The notes under the pieces were generated by a model that did not search any database, was not told where the DNA came from, and saw only the letters and a program-made list of their open reading frames with translations. A DNA stretch of 64,000 nt. It comes from Oculina patagonica. Taxonomy: Eukaryota. The position numbers and the translations under genes are program-made. Shown here one piece after another: positions 53,187 to 64,000 of the stretch (position 1 is the first letter of the stretch; each line of letters starts with the position of its first letter). The stretch is taken from NCBI RefSeq assembly GCF_052425735.1, contig NC_135764.1, positions 12,338,001 through 12,402,000 of the forward strand, written 5' to 3'.

Positions 53187-53568
53187 AAGGGGCTAGGTCA
53201 CGTTATTTTCACGTTTATTTTCGTTAACTACACTTCAGTTCTAAACTTCAAATTGGCAGAGCAAGAAACTTTTATTGGCAAAATCACGTCCACATAACAA
53301 ACAAGGATGATTTTCGAGCATTTGTAATACAAAGAGAGATAAACTCGAAAAACGTCGGGCCGACGTTTTTCGAGTTTCGAGTTCACCTGAACGCAATCCG
53401 TTTTAATCTTCTCGAATTTTGCCCATCTATGCCCCTTTTGGCCTTCTATGTTTCTTTTGAGTTCTTCTACAGTTTATCACAGTTTAAACGGTTATTTTAA
53501 TATTTCAGTTAATTTTATGGTCAGTTGGTTAGTGCCGAAATTGCTTAAAATTGCGTGACATAGCCCCT
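53187..53568. mobile_element. Kolobok-like MITE
   Basis: (a)taa|aggggctaggtcacg ... cgtgacatagcccct|ttaa. Confidence 0.65.
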
Positions 53569-54868
53569 TTAACGGGCATAGACAGTGCATTCAAAAATTC
53601 TATTATTCAGTATGAAACGTTACTTTGGCCTAAAGAAAGTTTGGAAGTTGATAACTTAATCACGTTCAGGCGCGAAAATTTCACCCTTTCCAAGTTACAT
53701 CTTGTCATTTGTTACATCGAAAAATCAGGAAGTAATACAGACAAAACAATCATGAAAAGTGTATCGTAAATTATTTCCGTTAGTGATGGATCAAGGACTG
53801 AAGTTGGAATACAAAGTCACGTGCACGTTCAGTACGGGTCCTTGAATCAGTCATAATAAAAGGCAATTAATTAAGATAGGGATTATACTGCATCAGAAAA
53901 TCAGGAAAGTAATACGGGTTACAGATACGACACGCATAAATAACGTAACCTCTACCCGTCAGCGTTGCTTCAAGGAGTTTGTAAGTCACGTTCAGCCTGA
54001 CGGTCTTATTTTCCCAATTTTCCTGAGGGTTTGAACTGCATCAGAATATAAGGAAGTGTTATCAACGAATGTGGTGTACTGTTAACTCGATCGTGCAGTG
54101 ACTTAAGGAAGTCTGAAAACTGCTATCTTGGTCACGTCGCAGTGGGCATAAAAAGCTCTCACGATGGCAAAGTCTCCCAGTTCGATTTTGCTAACTGGTT
54201 TGTATACTTCTAACCCATAAAGGTCTTAAAGGTAAGTTCGTATCTGTATGTTTCAATTGACAAGTCTAAGTTTTATAATCATTTTAGCATTTGTCCTGTT
54301 CACCGACGTAAAAGGGAGCTAAAGGGCCGGATTGCTTGCGTCTTGTTTGTTGTTCAAACAATTTTCCTCCGTTTTCCACGATCTGTAATCCCGGAACCCT
54401 TTTCTTTGTGAAACTGTCCGCAAAGTCAGGCAAGTTGACCGTCAATTCTTTCTTAGAGCAAAGGTGTATCAGGCAATTAAAAAGATTACAGAAACTTTGC
54501 AAATGAGACCTTTAAACAATTGCCTTCATTTAATTGAGCAAACCTTGCAGAAGCCAAGATCGATGAAACGTATTTTTTTATATAGTTTTTGAGTACTATT
54601 TAATTTTCGGCTGTTGAGACCAGCTTTATTCAGGTTCTGTGACAACAAATTTGCATTGATTCATTTTAAAGTCTCAGTATTGCCAAGTAATAACTAACTC
54701 AAGCGGATCAGTCGTACTCAGAAAACTCGGCTTTTATGACTTGAATTTATGACCATATATCATGTTTGCATAATTTGGAGGGTAAATACGGCAAAGCCGT
54801 TGTGCATGCGCATGTTCACGGTGTCGATAAATTTAAAAAATGCGTTCGTTTTTCTTCTTGAGATCACA

Positions 54869-57818
54869 ATGGCAAAAAAGGCGTTTGTTAAGCTGTTGTT
54901 GTTGTTGATGCTCGCCGAAGTTCTGTTGGTTCCTGTCACTGCGTGGAGGAGACGTCGGCGTCGCCGCTGTCCGGATTCCAAGCCATCGGGATATTCCTGG
55001 GACACCAGCTGGCTCCGGCCCTTCTCTATTTCTTGTGCCAATGGTAAGTCACATTTTGATCAGATGTTTTGTCCACACATAAACAGAGAAACTATCGAAT
55101 GACACTCAAAAAATTCAGATCATTCCATATCCTCTCTTATAAAAGTCCATCAAATATTTTTTGCACGCGCGATTTGCTCTAAACAAGTGACCTGAGAAAG
55201 CCAAAACTGGGAAATATCAGATGTTATTAAAAATAGAATGTATATTGTTTGTTTTGTTTTGTGTTTGGTTGTCCGTTATAACCAATCCATTAATTTTCGC
55301 GCGCGCTCATTGGACAAAACGCATAACGTGGTACAAAATCGGACGAGGGGTATCAGCGAATATACCCCGTCCGCTTTGATATCCGTCGCCCGATTCTGTA
55401 GGCAAGCACAAAACAAACGAATGAAGTTCCCGTATTCAATTCTAACTTTTAATGAAATCACAGAGTTAAAAAAAATCACGTAAACCAATCAACTTACATT
55501 TTCTTTACATTAAAACATGAGAGCTGAAAGTATTATTTAAAACCATTATGGGGAAAACCAAATTCACAGAGTTTCAGAACCGAGACAGAACATATTTAAT
55601 TTGTAAGCAAGCTGACCTGGATAGGAGATGTACCAAACATTTATTTTACGAGTACTGTCGCATTAACGTTACTATCAGTATATGGCTGGCTCAGCGAGTG
55701 GGCAAGATGATGTTAACCCTGCGTTCTTATTGGCTACCCGAGCCGACACGGCAAAATGGTTCTATCCTGCCCGCTCGGGATTACCCGCGATTTTCTCTCA
55801 AACTTGTTGTTGCAGTTGCCGGCGGCTCTCGTACTGAAATTTTGCGCGCATCAAAGTGTTTTATTCGTTTAACTTGTCAGTCAGTAACATCAATTAATTT
55901 TATCATTTACCCCAGTGACGACAAAGAAGTTCGTGTCTTGAACTGGTTTCCTTTAGGTTACAGTACATAAAGTCATTTTAGTTCGGTCGATTAGAACACG
56001 CAAAAAACTAAAAGAACTTGACCAATATCCCACCTTAATTTTCTGGACCGAACAAGCTTGGTCAATAACCCACATCTATTGCTGTTGTTAGGACAATCTC
56101 TGGATTATTGGCGCAGTATGCACAGAGATTGCAAGGAAGATCGCGTCCATTATTTTGGATGTGGATATGGTCCTGTTTCTTATAGCAGCAGCGATTGCTC
56201 ATGGACAGCTAACTATGTGAATGATTTTGACAAGCCAGTGAGCTATAAGTGCCCTCATAATGGCTTCATCACGGGAATCAAAGGTGTGCACGATGGGTAT
56301 TACAAAGATCGAAGGTAAGTTAGCCAGCCCGAATATTTAATAGGAAGCTTAGACATCTTTCCTGACTGTTATGTATATCTGGTATGTTGTAAGCCTGGAT
56401 AGGTGAACACTGATCTTTCACATCGATTGGTCCACAAAGCTCGAAAGCACTATCGATTTGACTACCAAATCATTTCAGTGTAATTACTTGTGGCTTATCA
56501 GGTAGGGGGGGGGGTTAAGCGGCAGAATGAAAATCCCTGCAGTTGTTTACATCATTATCACAAAGTCTGGAAAAAGCGCCTTTTTCGGTAATAGACTGAT
56601 TTGCGCACACCAAGCTTAAAAAGAAAAGATAAATTTTCCCTATTTTCTTAAAGAATCATTTTCTTTTAGGTGGGGGTTCCGCTGTTGTCATGTTGAAGGA
56701 TATTACGCACACACTTGCCAACATACTTCGTATCAGAACTCGTGGGACGATCCACTTTTCTATAGTGTTCCAAGCGGTTACTACCTGGTCGGTGTTTACA
56801 GTTATCACGACGATTATTACGAGTAAGTATTTTTTATAGCTACTTCTCAGAATGATACAAAGTTTACAACAGAGAAGAACCATAACTAAGCTTACAAGCA
56901 AATTAAAGTTATCGACCGTGCACAACGGCCGCGCGCTGAGGGACCACAATCCCTTACCTGGACTGTTCCTGACAGGATTGGAAGATGCTGAAAATAAAAT
57001 GGACAAAATTAAGTGGGCAAACGCCTTGCAAAGCAGTACCAAAACGAGGACGCGTCGATGGGATTAATTGGGCCAGAGATACACGAAGTTAACCTACGAA
57101 TTTGTCCACTAAATATAGCAGATAAACTTGAGCTTCCCCATCTTTGACCATTTTCGTTAAAACGAAAACAAAAGCAAAACAAAATAAATTCGTTTTGACG
57201 ATAACTTTTCCAACGCACACGCAGGGGATTGGAAGGCGAAAAAACACAAAATAAATTTAGAAAAAAAAGAATAGGAAGGGCGCCAAACAAACAAACAAAC
57301 AAACAAACCTGGATTATTTTGTTCTTGTTCTAGAACTCTCGAAATTGTTTCTGTAAGCATTTCTCAAGAAATATTAAAATAATTGCCTGAAGGTACACTA
57401 GAACGCCATTTTTCTTTCTCAAATGTGTTAAGCATAAGAAGAAGTCGTTTTCTTTCCTAGCAAAGGCAGCGAAGACGAATGAAATAATTTCTTGCGAATA
57501 GAGGCAACATTATTTTCTTTCGTCTCAAGCCCTTGCGTTGATCGATCTCGCGCTTTCGGAAAGGAAGGGGCTGCTACAGTTTAAGTTTCTTAAAAATGTA
57601 CATGTTTTGGGAAACCACTTCATCAGTTCATGTAAAGACATTGCAAACTTAAGTCGAAATAAGTACGTAAGGTGCAGGAGTTAATTGCGGAGTTGGAAAG
57701 AAAGCTAGGCTTATTTTATTTTTGCTTTTTATCTAACGTGTGTATTGTTTTTATCATTTTAAGGGATCGTCGCTGGAAGTTCGAAATCTGCAAATTTAGC
57801 AAGTCCTACGGAAAATGA
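54869..57818 (+). CDS. Dermatopontin / HAAF-like secreted protein, paralogue 2, 201 aa, 4 exons
   Basis: Exons 54869-55043, 56092-56314, 56670-56822 and 57764-57818. Same intron phases and identical exon 3 and 4 lengths (153, 55) as the gene at 17896-23081. Signal peptide plus R7. Confidence 0.9.
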
Positions 57819-57910
57819 AAACGCAAGCACAGAGAAGATGCATCTTAAAACATACTTTATTATATAATTATAATAAGATATTACAAAAAGATATGAAAGA
57901 AGGTGGCTTA

Positions 57911-58373
57911 GGCCCCGTCCTCACTAATCTGGATAAATTTGAAAACGCATCTTTTTTCTCCGGTTTGGCCCAAAACGATTTCGGTCACCGAAAACGGAGC
58001 TTTCCAAAAACGGTCTCTAGAGTGGAGAAATTTGAAAACGCCGGCTAGTTGGTGTAGTTTGGCGGCGAAAACGGAGCTTTTGCGGGAAAACGCTGACGTC
58101 AAATGGCCACGTGATCTCTGTTAATAGCTCTGCACGCTCGTTGTAAATCTTGGTACATTTCTCTGGCCGTTCTCTGAGCAACGTGAAATCACCAAAGTCT
58201 TCGTTCTGTAATTTTCAACTTTTATGTGGAATTGATCGCTGTCTTGAAATATTCAGCTGAGGATAGCTCTGAAATCTGTAGACAAGCTAAATGACTGATT
58301 TAGATTATCTCGACGCTCTTAAGTACAATGGCGCTTTGTTTTCAAATTTATCCGGATTAGTGTGGAATTGGCC
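57911..58373. mobile_element. PIF/Harbinger-like MITE
   Basis: tta|ggccccgtcctcactaatctggataaatttgaaaac ... gttttcaaatttatccggattagtgtggaattggcc|tta. Confidence 0.7.
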
Positions 58374-59469
58374 TTAATGTTTTACATTTAAACATTATTG
58401 TGCTTTCCTGAGCTAAAATGTATGCATGGTGATGGTAATAAAAAACCTTTTTTTCAGTCTTATTTTTATTTTTCATTTTTTTTAAAAAACGGGAGCGAAC
58501 CTCTACCTCATAGAGCATGAAACGCAGTCAATTGTTACCATTCTGCTGGAACATTTGGAAAACGTCCTGGTACAATAAGAAAACAGAGCAAAATAGGTGC
58601 GGTATTCTTAGGGGGGGGGGGGGAGGGGGTGTTTCGACCCATGAGCATTTTAAGAGGGGGAGGAAGGGCTGTTTAGTTCTGGATTCATTTGCACCCCGCG
58701 CCCTACTCCCATTTTTTTTTGTCCATATTTTAAATAGGGGATAGCCTTTTTTTCTTTCTATTGACTAACAAAATATAGTATGTCTAGAAATGATACTCAG
58801 AACATTCAATGTTCAATGTTCCTGCGCAGTACAAAAAAAAGGGATGATAATAAGCTTAAAATTCGCCTGTCGCTCCGTCCTTACAACACAAGTATTTCTC
58901 CTTTCCGAGCACTTTCCGGACCGTCTTTGTTTCAGTGTCGAAGGACAATTATTATACTGTAACAAATGTGAGGAAAATTTATAAAGTCAGACTAACCGTT
59001 GCTAGACTTGCTCGCTTAACAGGCTAGTACTAAAATCCGGAACGCCAGGACGAAATATTTTCTAAATTTTCCACGCAGTCTTGTCCGTCTTGACTTGTTA
59101 AAAAATACAAATGTTGTTGTTGCAAAGCTTTGTTATCTGTAGTCGTCAGGCAGGTTACGTTGGTGTTTTTAAATACTGTGCCAAATAAACGACAAATCCC
59201 GGCTCAGCAAAGGGGCTGGTAGTTCAGGTAATATGGGATAAAGGGAAATTTTCGGGAGTCGTTTCGGATTGTGTCAGTTATTTAACTGTGGACATAAACA
59301 CTATAATTATGTTAATCCCTCTCCAATTCCCACGTCAATGTAAAACCGTACCCATAATCGGAATACATAACAGTAGCGTGCAGTCAGATGTCTATTACAT
59401 TCAACATTGTATACAATTAAGAGTCAACGGTATTTGAGTTTTAGTTATTGTTCCGCCAAACAAAGAGAT

Positions 59470-60345
59470 GCCTCGTTGGCTATTTACCACCTCGTATCCA
59501 ACGCGGGCTCATGGAATAATTGTTTTATTAAATTCTTCTCAAGTTTAAATCGACTGGACATTTCATTTTGATGTAAACGAAGTGATAGTATGAAAAGGCG
59601 CGAAAATTTCTGGCGCGGTGTTCACTTCTTGAGTTGAGTGAAACATACGAGGAAAGCGAGCGAGAGAGTTTTCTTCCCAAGATTTTCCTCGAACAATCCT
59701 CTCTAAAGTCGTCTAAATATCCTGGAAATTGTGACAACAGTTAAGATTTACGAGAAGATCCGAAGCAAAAGCTTCTGGAAACTACAAGTTTTGTGCAAGT
59801 CGAACGAAACAAGTGTTTACATTGTACTTCTTTACGGCTCCACGGCTGTCATTAAGACTGCTATATTATTTGAAGCGAAATTGAGCTCAAAGTGGAACAG
59901 GTTTATTGAAGTATAAAAGGACAAAACCAAGATTGAAAGGTAACAAACATTACTGAAGTGCTGAGCCTAGTTTTTATGACGTACACTGAATGAAACTGTG
60001 TCAGTTTGCCGTTCTTTCGTAAATTATTTGCTGTTTTTCTACTTTATTCACTCGCTCTTGTTGTGCGTTTAAAAGTATTATTAATTAAACTTTTCGCATC
60101 TATCCTTTTGTTTTGCGTAGTTAAATTTACTATGGCATTTCTGTGGTTTTTGTAGGCACTGCTAATTATTTCTTGTTCATAAAGCTCGCCAAATTTGCTG
60201 TTTAAAACCATTTTTTGATGGAACTGTCGCTTCCCGCACTCATTTGCCATATAAGGTCAAACATAGGTATACGAGCTGATAACCGGGATTCAGTGAGCCA
60301 ATCAGAAAGCTAGAAATGCAATATTCGAGGTTGAGAATTTAATAA
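59470..60345. mobile_element. Non-autonomous element flanked by a 36-bp direct duplication
   Basis: ttgagttttagttattgttccgccaaacaaagagat occurs at 59434-59469 and 60346-60381. Confidence 0.7.
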
Positions 60346-63105
60346 TTGAGTTTTAGTTATTGTTCCGCCAAACAAAGAGATTTGCGCTAAGATAAAACCT
60401 TTTCAAAAAAGTAAATGTTTTTATAAGATAAATTAAAATGTCAATCAAAATTCAGAGAGCTAAGTCAAAGGGCTTCCCATTGTCAATACAGTGTTAATTC
60501 TTATATAGTGCATAGTTTAAAACCTATCAAACGCATTGCGCTTCGCTGCTACAAACTACAACGGAAAAATATCAATATCCATGGATATAATTCGAGATTT
60601 AACTAATACAATAAGTAAAATAAAAGTCCAAGAGATTTGATAAACCTGTGATAAGATGAAAATTTTTTATCGTCAAACTTGTTTGCATACAGTTATCTAC
60701 TAGACCGTAAAAATCATGCATGCAGTTAAGATAAATAAGTGATTTCCGTCTTCAGTTTTTGGTTTATGGCATGCGAGGTTCTTCTTGAAGCACCAAAAAA
60801 CTAGATCGCTAAGCAGCGACAGGTTTTGTTTTAGCATTTTACCGAAATTATTGCAAATTATGTTGGCGGGGAAATGAAGATTATTCCTTGCTAGAGTAAC
60901 AACAGCAAAAGCACTGTCGGGGGGTAGACAATGGGAAATGAACTTGTTAAAGCGTCGGATTTTTCCTGTCACATTAATGCTAACTCCGATGTTTTGAAAT
61001 TTACGGGTGGCTAAAAGTACTTCAGCTGGCTTCAGTTAGCTTGGAACGGTTCACTTTCACTTCGCAAAACGGTCGAATAAGGTAAGTTTTATTCCTGTTT
61101 GGTTCACTTACAGTTCCCGGAATGTCTTCGTAGATGAATCCGCAAAATAGTGTAAGCTCCTGTCGACCACTCCATCGCGATCAAAAGAAAAAAATCAGCA
61201 GTAATTTAAGATTTTCCCAACGCCTTAATTTTAATTAGGTTCAGTTATAGCTTAAATTGCACAGTTATTTATTCGATACAGCGAGACCGGCGAGCCCCTG
61301 ATACTTTGGACTCGTATAAATAAGAGAGTGCTGGGACTTTGGATCGAGTTTCGTTTGCTATATATATTCGAGCCCGAGCCTTTCAGTCTAATAGAATTCA
61401 TGCTGGAACTGCAAATTCAACCACTATAAGACTAACGAGACATTATCCTATTATTACGCGCCAAACACGAAGACAAACAAATCAGGACTTCGCGACTTCC
61501 TTTGTCTTGGGAAAAGAAATCGGCTGTCTTTCGTGACGGCTTACTTTGAAAATAACAAAAAAAAAAAACGAAACGAGACTCCGAGATTAAGACAACCGCT
61601 CAAAAAACGATTTTACGTTAGTAAAAAAAAAGAAAAGGAGCGTTAACCCTCGGACGTACAAGCCAACTCACACCCCCACCATCGTACAAGGGGGGGGGGG
61701 GGGTTGGATGGAACCCCTCCCCGCAGTTTTCGTTATATTAAGGCGTAGCGAAATTATTTTGAACTGAGAAGAAAGCCCTTAGCGTACTCTACAAGATGAC
61801 ATAATTTTAATTGGCTGTGACGTCATATGACTTCACGTGACGTCATTAGAGCCGCCATCTTGGATCCGCCTTCTTGGATTTCAAAATTTTCTTAGAAAGT
61901 CTGAAAATAACGGAAATTGATGCAAAATCAAGCCAGAATGCTTACGGAATGTAAAAATAAACACATCTTGCACTTCTGTTTTAAAAAACTGGAAATAATG
62001 AGGAAAAATGGTAAAAATGACGATTTTTGGCAAGACCTGCTTGTATTTATGACGTTGCCATGGCAACGTCACACACCACGGACACATGGTTGACATATCA
62101 AAATTTCCGCAAAGGATGAATGAACAGCTACTGAAAGTTTCAGCATTGTAGAGTAAATCGTTTTTTCAAAATTTGGAAAAAACCTTAGAAAGAAATGGTT
62201 AATTCAGCATAATACAAACAGTCGCGTGAGTAATGCCCGTCCGCGCCCGGCTAGTTTTTTGTCTGTGTACAGCCAATTTTGATGTTTTTTATTGATTTAA
62301 TTTTTAAGAAAGTTCAAAATAAGGTAGAAGAAGGATTTTGTTTTGCATAGTGGGTGCACGTGGTGGGAACATGCTCGGCTAACAAAATTGTCATGTTTCA
62401 GATGTTTACAAAAACTTTTAAGGAAAACAAAAGGGACAAACGACGCCATTGTAAATTAACAAAAGAAAAATCATATAGATGTCACTACATAGTGGAATTA
62501 TCGCAATTACAGACGTGTCATAAATTACCCGATCGTTGTTCATTCAATCCTAAAGCAGATTTTCTTCTAAGAAAATTCAAGGTACGCTTGTTTTTATTAT
62601 TTAGCTCATATTTAGTACCCAAGATCGACTAATGTATACTTTATTCTTTCTCCTTTTAGCTCCTTTTTATAGAGGACAGATTTGCTGCGCTAGATTAACT
62701 CGCTAGCTGAACGAAAATAAAGAGCTACATCTAAGAAGTAAGTACCAGGTGCAATTCAGCACTTTCAGTGATAAAAAATGAACTTCCAGTTTCTTTCGGC
62801 AAAACGTCGATATTCTGCAACAGTAATGTGATTTACTTTTAACGAAAAATATTCTCTGTAAATTTCCACTGTTTTTTTTTTTAAGTGAAGAACTCAGTGG
62901 GTTGAAAGACATTTTTTTTCAGCTCGTTCTTGAACGATGTCATTCCATCTGATTCTTTACTTTTTTAAGCAGGACTGTGAAGGCGTAGGTGAATAAATAC
63001 ACAAAATATCTATCTACCAAAGCCTTCTTTATAACTATCGTTGCTGTGTTCTCTTAGTTTCTCTTAGTTTGATTTTTAATCATAGGATTCACACAGAAGG
63101 TACAC

Positions 63106-63717
63106 ATGGTTAACATGGCAAACGGACGCTTGCTCATTTTCCTGTCTATCATCGGCCTGGTGTCACAGTGCTTGGCTGAAGATGGGTTCAGGACTTGCTT
63201 TCGTGAAACTAAACGCAGTTCGCAGTGTCAGGGACCATCGTACACTTGCAGTGGATGGAGTTCCAAACCTGCCTGGACTCAGTCATTTCGCGACGACACC
63301 GACGACCGAGGTGGAGGCTGTTATTACCAGTGGAGAATCGAGGCACACGAGAGGATAAGTCCAAGGCAGGAGTATCGCCTGTGCTTTCAAGAGACGGAAG
63401 GAAGCTCGCAGTGTCAAGGAACTCGTAGCTCATGCACCGGTTGGAGCCAAACCCCATCTTGGACCCAGTCTTTCCGTGATGACACTGCAAACAGAGGTGG
63501 TGGTTGTAAGTACGCTTGGAAGATCGAGTCGCGAGAGTCAGCACCTTCCAATGACTTCTCAAGGTGTCGAGTGTGCTTCATGGAAACAGAGGGCAGCACT
63601 CAGTGCCAGGGCTACCGCTTCAGCTGCAGTGGTTGGAGCACAAGCGACAATCCTGCCTGGACCTTGCCATTTCGAGACGATACAGATAACCGCGGTGGTG
63701 GCTGTAAATATCAGTGA
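63106..63717 (+). CDS. Secreted Cys/Trp-rich triple-repeat protein resembling the perivitellin-2 67 kDa (MACPF accessory) domain; premature TGA
   Basis: Signal peptide. Three repeats CF.ET..S.QCQG....C.GWS..P.WT..FRDDT..RGGGC.Y.W. A splice acceptor just upstream (about 63085). The frame stays open past the TGA to 63786. Confidence 0.8.
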   Translation: MVNMANGRLLIFLSIIGLVSQCLAEDGFRTCFRETKRSSQCQGPSYTCSGWSSKPAWTQSFRDDTDDRGGGCYYQWRIEAHERISPRQEYRLCFQETEGSSQCQGTRSSCTGWSQTPSWTQSFRDDTANRGGGCKYAWKIESRESAPSNDFSRCRVCFMETEGSTQCQGYRFSCSGWSTSDNPAWTLPFRDDTDNRGGGCKYQ

Positions 63718-64000
63718 TATCTGGATTGCGCTGCCGCAAATCAATGCAGAGATGTTGGATACCCAACTTATGCAATCACCAGTTAATTTAAAACGTTAAC
63801 GTGTTCGTAGCGTTGAATTCCTCTACGAACTCGCACTTGAACATGTTAATGATCATTCTTAAATGTTAAGGGACATTGGACATATATGTCATGAGGTATA
63901 TATTCCACTTTATTAGTGGGCTAATAAGGTTGTTTTGAAAGATTGGTCTTTAGAACTTTTAGAGATAAGGTCAGCATTGTTTTTGCTCACGAACGGACAA

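Noticed and set aside
51440-54140. CRISPR-like repeat/spacer appearance
   Set aside because: Eukaryotic context, degenerate repeats, irregular related spacers and no cas genes.
63715-63717. Selenocysteine codon
   Set aside because: The aligned position in the other repeats is Trp, not Cys, and no convincing SECIS was seen downstream.

Overview
Eukaryotic, AT-rich, intron-containing DNA. The repeat and gene content suggests a scleractinian coral or other anthozoan (inference). Host genes: a 4-exon GH56 hyaluronidase (-) head-to-head with a 4-exon DCAKD (+), two 4-exon dermatopontin/HAAF-like secreted paralogues (one per strand), and a secreted triple-repeat protein resembling the perivitellin-2 67 kDa accessory domain, which has a premature TGA. 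The left half is a tandem segmental duplication (about 1-15700 vs about 23380-32060). It left an orphan, frameshifted hyaluronidase last exon and provides filled/empty site pairs for several insertions. Main finding: a 9400-bp IS3EU-like DNA transposon (41053-50452) in DCAKD intron 3, with 501-bp TIRs and a 7-bp TSD. It encodes an intact spliced DDE transposase and a convergent 8-exon UBZ-CUE-HECT E3 ubiquitin ligase, and both start codons lie inside the TIRs. Also present: a Penelope element with an inverted 3' copy and a captured DIRS/Ngaro gag fragment, minimal hammerhead ribozyme motifs, a probable Naiad-type PLE, a CR1/L2 LINE remnant, and many MITEs and SINEs. A few segments look like low-quality consensus. 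All coordinates and alignments were done by eye.
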